A DNA stretch of 64,000 bases from Tubiluchus corallicola (Eukaryota; Animalia; Priapulida). The stretch spans positions 2,952,574-3,016,573 of the forward strand of contig JAQGDQ010000003.1 of the NCBI GenBank assembly GCA_030141605.1. The letters run 5' to 3'. The notes beneath the pieces are model-generated. The model saw only the letters and a list, made by a program, of their open reading frames with translations. It made no database searches and was not told where the DNA came from. Both the position numbers and the translations under genes were made by a program. Below are positions 1 to 12,000 of the stretch, one piece after another (within the stretch, counting starts at the first letter, position 1; every line of letters starts with the position of its first letter).

Positions 1-165
1 TGGCTTTATAAGTATCGTGCTGCTTTTTGTCTTGTTGCTTAGTATCTCCAAATGTAATCTCAGTTCCTATGAGTTGGAATCAATTATCAATTATGTTTTA
101 TATATGTTTAGTGTTTACCTACAGGTATAGACATAATTTTTCCCTGGGCCAATCTGAATGAATAA
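1..165 (+). CDS. Possible 3' end of an upstream membrane-protein gene (...GFISIVLLFVLLLSISK|CIDIIFPWANLNE*)
   Basis: Hydrophobic frame at 2-53 and a 71-nt GT-AG intron at 54-124; no recognisable family. Confidence 0.2.
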
Positions 166-390
166 CTTGGTGAGACTTATTTTTAATGTGCGGGTCAATA
201 ACACGAATTTTTCGGTTTTTGCGATGTACCAATCAGTAACTTGGTTTTATTTTTGGAAAACTAAACTTTGTGTGCATGTTCGTTAGAGTTTTGCTTAGCA
301 AATGGACTATACACTAATTTTGAGCAATTTGCCAGCAGAGTTTTATACAGCAGCATATTGAGTGTGGAACGTTGTCAGTTAAACAGTTAA

Positions 391-1391
391 AGGAAAAATG
401 GACGATTGATTAGACTCAATCTCATTTCAATTTACTGTCCACAATATACGTTTTCTTCCAGCATTTGTTTCTAATATTTGAATTATTGGAATGTTAATTA
501 ACGGCAACCGAACACAGCTGTATCTTACGTCACAAACTAATCACAGCTTGTGCAATGGTAAGCATCTTCCCTGTGCATCAAGCATGTCTATGTAAGCGAA
601 GATTGCTATAAGACTGTGTTGTGATGATATGAAAACGGGCTCTACGTCACAATGATGTCACAAACGAATGCTGCAGTTCATGTTCATGCTTATCACGGTA
701 CCGCACCTATTTGTCGGCCACGCAAAGGTGACAGAAAGGCGCCATTGCGAATCTTAGTGGATTCGCTGAGCCACACACATAGCTTTGAAACTTTAACAAA
801 ATTTAACTTAGAGGTAATTATTATTTAATCTAAGCTTTGATTTAAAAAAGCTGTTGTAGTTTTCAGTATTTTAGAGCATACTTTATTTTGAACTAACGTC
901 TACACCAGGGGTGTGCAAATTATCTGACTAGCCGGGCCACATTAAACTTTCCCGCAATTCCTGCGGGCCACAGGCAATTTGATCAAGGAGCCAAGTACAG
1001 AAAGGCCTAATAACGATTTTTTTTGCATCCGACCTGCGTACATCATTACTACTACACTCAAGAAACTATTTTAGAAGTTATTAAAATTTATATCACTAAC
1101 CATGTATTTCTACTTTCAGGACAGATAGTGGTAATTTCATTACAATGCATATTAGTAATGTGTATCACACATTCTGTGTAGTACAGTGTTATTAAGCTAC
1201 AACCGTCTTGTAAGGGTTAATGGCATCCGATCTAGTAGAAAAAACTACCCGCACTATCTTTGGGATCGTGGCACGGACTTCAGCTGGATACACTCAATTA
1301 ATCGCCCGGGCCGCACTTTCATTAGGTTGACAAATCTCTTCGCGGGCCGCAATTTGCACACCCCTGGTCTACACAATCGACCTGTTTTCCT
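391..1391. mobile_element. Kolobok-like non-autonomous DNA transposon (TTAA TSD), interrupted by a hAT MITE
   Basis: TTAA|AGGAAAAATGGACGATTG ... CAATCGACCTGTTTTCCT|TTAA imperfect TIRs; a partial second copy lies at about 54459-54710. Confidence 0.7.
906..1366. mobile_element. hAT-like MITE
   Basis: TIRs CAGGGGTGTGCAAATT / AATTTGCACACCCCTG; perfect 8-bp TSD GTCTACAC. Confidence 0.9.
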
Positions 1392-2680
1392 TTAAACAGT
1401 TTAGTGCTAAGGTTATAGGGTGTAGAGTCTTTGTGTTATTTTCTTACATAGTGTAGAGTAATTATGTCTGCATAATAATGTCTGCAATGTATGTCCCGAC
1501 AGGTTCAACGGAGTAAGTAATAGGGATCAGTGATTTTGTGTTTTGCATTTCTTACTTTCGGAAGTTTTTCTTAAGTTCTACATCGTGTTTTATAAACGTA
1601 CTATTTTTGCTTTTTGAGAGATCATAACTTTTGTCCAAATCAGCATGTGCTATGAAAGTACAGATTTCAGGTTCAAATCCTGGTTGACTCTCAATTTTTA
1701 GCGCCTCCTTGTTCAATAAATTAGCCGCTAGTCTATTTGTTGTAAACATTTGTTTTCTTTCTTAATGGTGGCTTGTGCACGTGGATTAATTCTGGATTAA
1801 TTTTTCGTTTTTCAGGTTTTCACGACTATTCGTATAACCAAGAGTTCGGGACAGTCGCCAACAGTAACTGGTTGCTGAGGTTAAACCCTGCTGTTACCCC
1901 GGCAACAGTCTCAAAACTTTAAGTGGCAAATCTGTAATTAGAGAATATGATTGTACTGTTGCCGGGACAGCAGCGGGGTGTAAACAACATCGTTGTTATG
2001 GTAACAACCAAATAGCTGCACACAGTGAGAGGCGAGTACTTTGGTTTTTCTGAACTAAAATTGAGCGAATTTCCTAGCTTTTTGATAAATGATAATAAAC
2101 GCGTTTGTACATAAATTATTATCTAAACATGTGACTGGTACATTTGCTTTTTCTACAGCGTGACTTTGTTTTATGTGTTGTCATTATGTAAACTTCCTCT
2201 AGCGATGGTACCAATAGCTCAGCTAAGATTCACCACCCGTCTAGCCTCTCACTGATGCAAATATGACGAGTTTGTCTTTAAGCCTAGAATTGGGAGAGAC
2301 AATCTTTGACTCGGCTTTTTGTTGTTACTTGTTGTTAAAGATTTTTTTGTGCGAAGTTTATTATCTTCTATGTGGAAACTTTTTCATAAAACGTTTGTTG
2401 AATGTCTAACATTCCAGGTTTTGTATAAGCAAGCTTTTCCTCTATTCTATTATATATGCAGCGAAATAATGAATTTGTTTAAATAATACTAGCATTTTCT
2501 ACTACATTTTAAAAGTTAACGGTAGTGTCTTTATATAATGAAAGTGAAAGGAAGCCATCGAGGTTACCGGTGTGTGTTAAGATTGTTGAATTAACAACGG
2601 CTCCTTTTAAACGTAGTGAACGTTTGCTGAAATATCATCCTGTACTGCACAGGAGCAGCTAAAACATGGCTTTCAACACA

Positions 2681-3131
2681 CAGTCAACCTTGGATATAAG
2701 GGTCACTTCCGGACCTGAACAAACCGTCCTTTATATCCGATGTTCCTTATAGCCGAAGTTGAGTCAGACCGAGGCTGTATCTAGACCTGTACTTTTCTGT
2801 TCTTTTACACATATTTTTATGGATTTTTGTTACACATTCAGTGCAAACTGTATGTAGGAAGTGCCTTCAGTGATGCAAGATGTATGTGATCGCGGAAACT
2901 GAGCTGTTCGAAGGCCGAGTTTGCGAAAAATTGAGGTTAAAAATCAGCCATAGGGTCCCTTATAGGCGAGGTAGTTTACCTGGGTTTCCATTATGCGGAA
3001 CCTGAAGATATCGTCCCTTCTAGCCGAAAGTTCCTTATATCCAAGTACTTATATACGAAGATTTTTACATAGGAAAAAAGTTACGAAAAATTGGGACCGG
3101 TATTTGTGGTCTTTGTACCCAAGGTTGACTG
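2681..3131. mobile_element. Tc1/pogo (Tigger)-like MITE
   Basis: TIRs CAGTCAACCTTGG / CCAAGGTTGACTG followed by TA; same family as 47741-48536. Confidence 0.8.
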
Positions 3132-5040
3132 TAGTTTTGCTGAGCAATGTTAAGAAAATGATAATATCCGCACTTATACTAAAGTTTCGTGAATTTAAAA
3201 GTACCCTAATATTTAAAATTCTTATCAATTTTCTAGTATAAAGTTACTTTAGCTTGTGCTGCATGTTACTACTCCGAGTGAGCCCCATAATTTCATTAGC
3301 CTGGAGACTCCAAAAGGTCATAATCCAGCCATTTGTGTAATGTCCATTAGTCTGAAACTTGGTACATACTTCAGTTATACTGTATTATATATTGCTTACT
3401 GTCTAACTACTTTTACCATTAGTAAACGACAAACTGCGCTATTGTATGTGATGTATTTATTACCTGTATTAAAGTTCTTTCGTAACTAACCCAGTGTGTT
3501 GGTACATAACTAAGCAAGTAGTTTTTAGTGATTATTTCATCAGTATTAATGGTAATTTTACCTTTGATATCTTCTGGCAATCCTTTCTGTGAAGGACAGT
3601 ATGAAATAATGAAGTGACCATCAGTTTTGAGCACAAAATACTGATGTGCCTCTTATCCTGTGTGCATGTTACGAAAATTTTTGACAACGTTCATTTTTAT
3701 GTTCAGTCTGGAAATTTTTTTCCAGCATATTTGGTACTTCTTGATGTTAATACAATTTTTACCTCAAAGTAGCTATTTTGTCAGAAAATTGTGTATGACT
3801 GTGTGTATGACTTTAACTTTTAAGAATGGTTCAAAATTAGCATAAGATACAAACAGAGGCATTATTTACTACATAATCAATGCATTGGATTTGTGAGTTT
3901 CATAATTGTAAATCAGTACAGTTTAACTCCAAAGTAATGGAATAGAATATATAAGTTGTAAGAAATCTACTATACCAACTTCAGCATACAGTCAAACCAC
4001 GTTATAATGCCCCTCCTTATCATGCCAATCTCGCGTAATGCCCAAATTTTCAGCATATATTTGCATAAATGTGTATTAAAGGACAAGAAAAGCGGTACCT
4101 GAAATTAGGTTTTAAGTCTCTTTAAAAACCATATTACTTTATAGCAATTTTATGTGCATATTGTCTTATGTTAAAAGGATTTTTTGTTTGTTGTGCTTTT
4201 AAATCCCCCCGCAATACTATTCCAACCGCGCCATTACGTGACGTCACATACGCACAACGTAAATCTCAGGGAAATGTTAAATTGTCCCAAAACTTTCCAT
4301 GCAAAGTTATATTACTTAGCATTTCGGTTACCTGCTTGAAAGACTTATGTAACGAGAAAAGAAAATTATTAATTATTTAAAATGTTTTCACCAAATGGTA
4401 AAATGTCGCCGACTCATCCTCCAGCGTGCACCACTCACTGACCAGAAACCGTATTTTTACTCTTATTGACAAGGTACAGTAATTTAAAATTTTACTTGGT
4501 TAGTGACGTATGCGCTACGAATGCTTTGATTATTTTTTCAAACTTTACTCAGTGTTAATCTAAACTTATTTCAAATAGCCAATCGTCAAAATGGCTGCAT
4601 CTAACGATCATTGCGGAAGTTTAAATTTACCTGTTATGCAGGGTTAATGCTGACGCAAGCCCTGTGTGCAAAAAGGCAGCGCGTAAGTGCTATAAAATTT
4701 CAAGACGAATTTTTTAAGCTTCATGTAAGTGAAGGGTTTTCTTGTGTTTCTCATTATGCTAAACTCGCTATAAGACCAACTTTATTTGCAGTCCTAAATT
4801 AAGTGGTATAAAGAGATTTAACTGTACTGCATTCATTGTTCTAAAGACTAGTTCACATTCAGTACGCAACATTACATAATTTCCAATGAAATTACAACTT
4901 ACCATAAATACAAATCGTTTACATGAACGATACAATAAAATGAATGTAATGCAAAACCATTAACCAAAACAAATTCGGTCCCAATTGCAATACTATATAT
5001 ACAAGATTTCAACAGTAGAATAAAATGCATGTAATGTGAA

Positions 5041-5443
5041 CAGGGGTGTATTAACCAATAGGCTAACTAGGCTATAGCCTAGGGCGACACATTTTAGAAA
5101 AAATGCACCTTGGAAAACGAGTATACTTTCATATTCACGTAAACAGCACATTTTATAACACACCGTACGCAGTTCCTGAGCGTAGCTTTTATATAAGCGC
5201 CACATAACGAACAGGTGCAAGGTATTACACAACAAGCAGTTGTACAGCCTGCTTGAATATAAGCGCTATGCAAATACATGTAATTAATAATGACCATAAT
5301 GATTTAGGTTAATAAGCTTTCTAATACAACACAAGTAATTGTTTAATCTGCTCATTACATAAAGAATCAATAAATTCACTATAGAGATGGGCGGGACAGA
5401 ACTATCAGCCTAGGGTGTAGCGTAAAGTCGTAATACGCCCCTG
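5041..5443. mobile_element. hAT-like MITE
   Basis: CAGGGGTGTATTA ... TAATACGCCCCTG; degenerate TSD aatgtgaa / aacatgaa. Confidence 0.7.
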
Positions 5444-7340
5444 AACATGAAACCATCAACCAAAACAGATTTGGTGCCAAATGCAATACTATAAAATAAG
5501 GCTTCAAATTCAGATTTCGGTTAAGTCGCTAGCGCTTTTATGATTAATAAGCTAAACTTTTACATCACATAGCAGAAGATGAGACATTACTAAAAATTAA
5601 CATGTGTTTTTCCCAATGGAAATGATACATAAGTGGAACCGATTAGTTTAATTAAACTGGAGTTTAAACTTCTACATGTGATCATAAGAGAAGACAATCT
5701 GATATATGGTTGACGATAATCGCTCAAGTTTAACGATGCAAAATTTTCTATAATTAAACAATGTGTACATCTTCGGAGCACACAGTCATTAAACAAAACT
5801 GTTTGCTAGAACTGCTTGTAACAAGATGATGAAGTCTTGGATAACCAAGTGACCAGTTCTTTATGAAAGCATAACTGAGATTAGTGATTCTCAGACAAAA
5901 TTAAATGACCAGTAGCAAAAATAATTTAAAATTTAAGTATCTTAAATTGTTAAATAAAATTATAAGATTAGTATCAGAAACCATCACACATCTGCAGAGA
6001 GAGAAGCTATTGTTAGACTAACAAGAAAAGATTTCTCTAAAACTGTAAAAACTTTTGCTCAAATTTGAAACAAAATGACATAAAAGAAAAATTAAACACG
6101 GCCTGTTTTATGAACTTGATTTTAAATTTCAAATATCACAGTAGTAATCAAAACCTTAACAGTTAAACGCAAAAAAACTATTACTGAATAGAATTATTCA
6201 TATATGGCAAATAAATATAGCTTCTTCAAAATAAAATTTTATCACTGACTGGTTTCGAACAATTACTATTCATTTTCAAGACGTCTAAAAACAAAGAAAT
6301 TTCACCGGAATGTAGAAACAACTTAGTATTACAACTCAGTAACACAAATATAACAATCTTTATTTTAGATGGCAGACATTACAAAATTGCATAATATGTA
6401 ATAGTTATTTTTCAAAAAATGTTGTGACGAAAGAGCAAGAAAAGACCAAGTGGTCATCTTGTCAACTGCCCCTGTATACAGTAATATTAGCCAAATATTA
6501 TTTGAAAAGTACAGATAATTTAACAATTTTAACTTATACACTACATATTTTTAACTAGATATTTTGGGGAACTTCAGTGACAAAATTGCAGGGTTCTGAA
6601 ATTGACAATCCTGTTTACAACTAACAAATATTCCATTCGAGATTCCAGAAAATTTTCACAAAGCCAAAGATCGTAAAACAAACAGATAGGCTGTTTAATA
6701 TCAGATCACAAAAAACAAGATTTTGTGGCGTTGTTTGTTCCATTTGAGGTCGGCAACCGTAGTTTTATTTATGCTGTCTACTACAGTATGTTCAAAATAC
6801 TTTTCAATTGGTGCCATTACAAAGTAAAATTGTCTGAAATGTGAAGACACTTAATGAAACTTGTCATCATCTCTTCATACGTAATTCTCGCCTGATTAGC
6901 AAGCTCCGTCTTTAATGTCTGTGCCAAACAAATAAGATATATTTATTGTTGTTTACTGCATTAATTTTTTAAATGTTTTATTTGTGGAGTGGTAAAATAG
7001 CTTTAACTAATAATGTAGTCTGTAAACTAAGTTGTTAAATTATCTGTATACACCTACGATCTAACAATATTTCATTCTAAGTTGTCTCTACATTCTGGTA
7101 AAATTTCTGCGTTTTTAAATGCCTTGAAAGTGAACAGCAATTCTTCGAAACCGGCTGATAACAAAATTCTATTTAGAATGTGTCAGCGAATATTAGATAA
7201 TGTTTAAAAAATATGTAATACAATTAGCACAATAACGTATTGGAATAAGTACAATGTCTGTTTCTCCACCCCTTAATACAAGAAATCTACTCCTAATTTA
7301 AAAACTCAGCACACATGCAGACTTAAATGTGCAATACAGA

Positions 7341-7838
7341 CAGTGGCGGCTCGTAGCTAAAATTACTGGGGGTGCTGCAAAATTAAAAAATCTTCAGCCA
7401 TTAAAATTTTTTAGCCTTTATTTTAATACTGTGTAAAACGAAACAAACATATGTAATTTTAATGTCGTAATTGTAATTTTAAACAGACAAAATAATTTAT
7501 ACATAAACTTGATAAACTCCTAAACAAAAAATATTGTTTCTTACGAGTAGCCTAAATTGTCGGAGTTCAAGATGCCGAAACACGTCACAACTGACAATAC
7601 ACACTGCGTGAGCGACAGTACTATTTCTACTTAAAGTGTAGCATATTATCTCAGACATGTGCACTGCAGCCAAACATTGTGTTGCTTGGGCTGTGAAGCA
7701 AATTGTACTTCCCTCACGCGCACCGGTTCCGCACAAGTATAAGGAAAGAACTAAGGAAAAAAGATTATTATATTGATTATTCGATAATAATGAGTGAAAA
7801 TAGGGGGCGCTGCAGTACCTATTCACGAGCCACCACTG
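7341..7838. mobile_element. hAT-like MITE
   Basis: CAGTGGCGGCTCGT ... ACGAGCCACCACTG; TSD aatacaga / aatataga. Confidence 0.8.
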
Positions 7839-8442
7839 AATATAGAGCAATTAGAAATCTACGATATTATAAACGGTAAACACTAAAAAGTAATGCTCTA
7901 ATAACAACTACATCTGCTGTCTTTAATCTTCCTCTATAAAAAGTAAAAATAAGGTACACACCAGTGCTAACAAAGTAAAAAACGCACTTTCAAAAACTCC
8001 ACGACACTAAAATTTTAGCTGGCACAGAAGCGTATTTAAAAAACTTAAAAACATACAAACTACAAACAGATTTGAATGTATCTAAGCAACTAAAAATGCA
8101 AAAATTTTCATTATTCGTCATAAAATTAGTATTGAATTAAATTCTTTACTGGCAAGACTCTGGCTATCTCCTCGGGTTCATAAAGATTTCACAAAAATGC
8201 AATGTAAAAAAATCAATGATTTGCTTAAAAACAGGTTCAAGAGAAAAAACAGATGACAATTGGTATTTGGGGCATTTAGTATTTACCCAACTTAAAATAG
8301 TTTACTCACTCGGGTTTAACAAAAATTCAACAACAAAGCCTACTTAACTAAAATGGTTGTGAAGAGACCAGAACCTAGCCAATCATCAAAACTAACTGGT
8401 AATGATGTTAATGAAAGAAATGGCAGACAGCAATACGGCAAT

Positions 8443-8848
8443 TAGGGGTAAGCATCGAATGTTGAATTCGATTCAAATCAGTTTTTTAAGTTCAAATTCG
8501 TTTTGAATGTAAAACTATAGATCCGAATAATTCAGCACTTCAGCCACAAACGTTCTTTATCATTAAAATGTTTCAAATATCGTGCAATTAGTGTAATTTA
8601 GCAGCAATTTCTACGCAAAATTTTTAATAAACCAATAGTGGCTCTATTGCAGAACAAGATCAAGGAATATGCATGATATTTGTAAGATCACTTTTTATAG
8701 TAGTACTGGTTGGAAAACTTGTTCGCAAATCTTTCAAACTCAATTCAAATTCGATTCGGATTCAAGATACTAAAATACGATTTGATTCGAATTCGAAACT
8801 CGCAAATTCAATTCAAATGCGCTTTCTGCTAGAGAATGTTCACCCCTA
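8443..8848. mobile_element. hAT-like MITE with subterminal TTCGA/ATTC repeats
   Basis: TAGGGGT ... ACCCCTA; TSD acggcaat / atggcaat. Confidence 0.75.
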
Positions 8849-9025
8849 ATGGCAATATGGCACATTAAACAGATTTTTCAATGATGACATATTCATTGTA
8901 CTAACGAGGGACCACTCAGTCAAACGAGATCCTAGCTGTAATGGTGCCATGCGGAGTATTGACTTAAGCCCCAAAACCTCATAAAGCATGGTAACCTCTA
9001 TCTTGTGGCATAGTTTAGAACAGCT

Positions 9026-12000
9026 TTAATCCTGAAAGTCATAGCAGGCGTTTGCTAAGCGCGCTTTCCGTACTCGCTTCGCCGTCTTTGTCACGCCTTC
9101 ATACACCAGTTTTCTCTTTTTCTTAGAACTCACTAGTCCATCACCTGTTTTCCTCACCTCATTTGGTGATTTCAAAGACTTTGAAACACCCGAAGAGCCG
9201 CTCGGTTTCTTGCGTCGCGGATATTCAGACCTACCAGCAAGATACGACAGTTGATAAACTGCCTTTTTTGACGGAGACGAATGCCGTTGCTTAGCAACCT
9301 GATGAGGGGAAAGCTTCTTTGCCCTCTGCAGCTTCTTCTGGGAAAGCAATGGAGATGTGACAGATCTATCACTTCCATCTTTTGCCTGGATCAGGTGCTG
9401 CTAAAAATTCAAACTGCACTTTAAGGCTCCACCTCAAAACAAAACTGGTTAAACTGAGTTGACGTTCCTGAACACATGAACAGACATCTTGTATGCATGA
9501 CTTCTTAATTTCGTAACTGCATGCTTTGTCAGTGAGTTATGTCAACCTAAGTGCCGCACTGAACACTATTAATGCAGAGTAGAGATACGGAATAAAATAA
9601 TGTATATTATCCTTTTTGTGTACTTTTAAGCTCAAACAATCTGTTTATTCGTGTCTTTATTAATGGCCTGAAATAGGTTTTAAAAGGTTAATAGATAATT
9701 TCATTTGGATAACTAACCTCTGTTAAAGAAATCATAGTTTGTTTTTTGTAAGTCACCCGTACGGCAAGTGGTTTGATCTGCCAGCTGCCGCCTACTGGCT
9801 GCTGGCGTAGCGCACTGACAACACAGCAGTTAATACTCTGCTAGGAGGTACCTCTAACAATATATGCTGTATTACAAATAATGCCTCCATTTTCATTGTT
9901 GTAGCCGGATAGAAATATTCGGCTCCGGTCGTAAACGATTACTCAGGTACATAATGCAAACACTGTACAATTGTATTGATTTAATCAAATAAACAATAAA
10001 ATTACCTCTTGTTCAACAATCGAAGTCTTTTCTTCCTGACTAGTTACACGGTTCTTCTCGTTCTCTGGAACAAATTCAGCTGATGTTTCCTTGGAAGTGT
10101 GAGTGGCAAGATTTAAAAGACGAGGCGGATGTGTACGAGACCTCCTGCATTTTATCCGGGTTCGTTGGGAAAAACTGCGAGACAGGGGTCTAGCATGGTT
10201 ACTCCAATCAAGAGCAAACATTGTTGCTTTCCCACTGTCGGAATAATCATGATCATTCGTATCTGATGTTTCCGACAACGCCGACTGTTTGGAAGTAGAC
10301 GTATGATCACTCCAATCAAAGACCTCGTACTCACACTGCACACTGCTGTTGGATGGAGAAGGAATGTCAATATGGCACCTCTTCTGTGCAGAGCTGATAT
10401 TTGCAGGAGATTTTTTGGGTGTTTCTGGAAGACCAGATGTGATGCTCGAAGACCGAGAAACGTCGCAAGGCAGATTCTCAACATACATTGAACATTTTCT
10501 TTTCGGTGTTAATCTGTTGCCTACATTTAACTCATTAGTAGTTGTAAAGGCCTGGTCAACGTTGGATGGAACACTGGCAAAAGTTGACAGCTTGTTTTCA
10601 GTTTTTCGATCAATGAATTTGTTCATGCTAGTTTCCCAGAATTCGGAATCATTCGATGTATCCGAGGAAAAGCTGATGCTACACAGCTTATCAAATGTCC
10701 CGTCACTGCAATCAGTCTTTTGCGGGGACACAAAATTCACAACTTTGGCATCTTCAGGAGGCTCTTTTTGACGTGGCGTTTGCTCATCATCTTCGGAAAC
10801 ATTTTTTTCGTTCTGGTCAACTTCTGCAGCCACTATTGTGACATCGTGATCTTTTTCTGGAACAGGCACTTCTTGGTCCATTTCAAAATCAGAAGAGCAG
10901 ACATCGGCGGTGTCTTCCTCGTACGATATATCAGAGGCATCGTACCAATCGGCATCCAAGTCATGAAAACCAAGAAAATGCGCAGGTCGAGAATTGTACA
11001 GCAGTAGCTTTTTCATGCTGTTTTTCGATAAGACAAATCCCCGCGGAACCGGAATTTCGTTACCATGCTGCATGTACTCAAACTCAACTACACTTTGGCC
11101 ACGGTCATCCTCTTCCTTCACATTGCTTTGGCCTGTTTCTAATATCTTCCCCGGAGAATAAATGTGAATCTCGCAGGTTTTTTTATTAGGTGAACACACT
11201 TCCAGTGTCGCAGGTCCAATGCAGTTAGTAAATACCAACTCTTTTGCATCTTTACCAGGTGTTTTTATCCTATGAAAGATGACCTCTTCCTCTGCAATTT
11301 TATCCCGACTATGTTCTTCAGAAAATTTCAGGTGACCGATACTCTTGCTAGGTGTTCTCCGTATCTGATCAACGATCTGCTCTGTAGATGTGATCAGCTC
11401 TTCAAGCTTTTCATTAATTACATCATCTCTAATTTTCACACAAGAAGGAACAAGTTCATATGCACTTTCACCTTCGCCAACATCGTCTAAATTAAACATA
11501 TTTTCACTTTTGCTTTTATGAGGAGTATTTGCCACATGTTCACCAATATGTGAAACTTGATTTGAGTGACATTCATACACTTTACTAAGTGACCTGTCTT
11601 CACCACTGGATACTTGGCTTCTCTGTGTATCTTCAAGGTATGGCTTAAGTACAATTGGACTGTCTTCACCACTGGATACTTGGCTTCTCTGTGTATCTTC
11701 AAGGTATGGCTTAAGTACAATTGGACTGTCTTCACCTTGATCTGGTTCGGATTCTTCGATACCGAATTCTCGACTTCTGTCAAAGTTTTCATTATTTAAC
11801 TTAGCTGAATGTGGATTTTCTTTGTAATGACTATGATTGAATCCTTCCACACAGATATCTTGACTTCTATCCATGTTTTCAGTACCTGGTTTACCCAAGT
11901 GTGGATTTTCTTCGTAATGACTATGATTGAATCCTTCAACACAGATATCTTGACTTCCATCCATGTTTTCAGTACCTGGTTTAACCAGGTGTGGATTTTC

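Noticed and set aside
1552-3634. ORFs 1552..1749 and 3419..3634 (-) as exons of a gene
   Set aside because: They have donor-like ends but no convincing acceptors, no consistent model and no recognisable domain; left unannotated.
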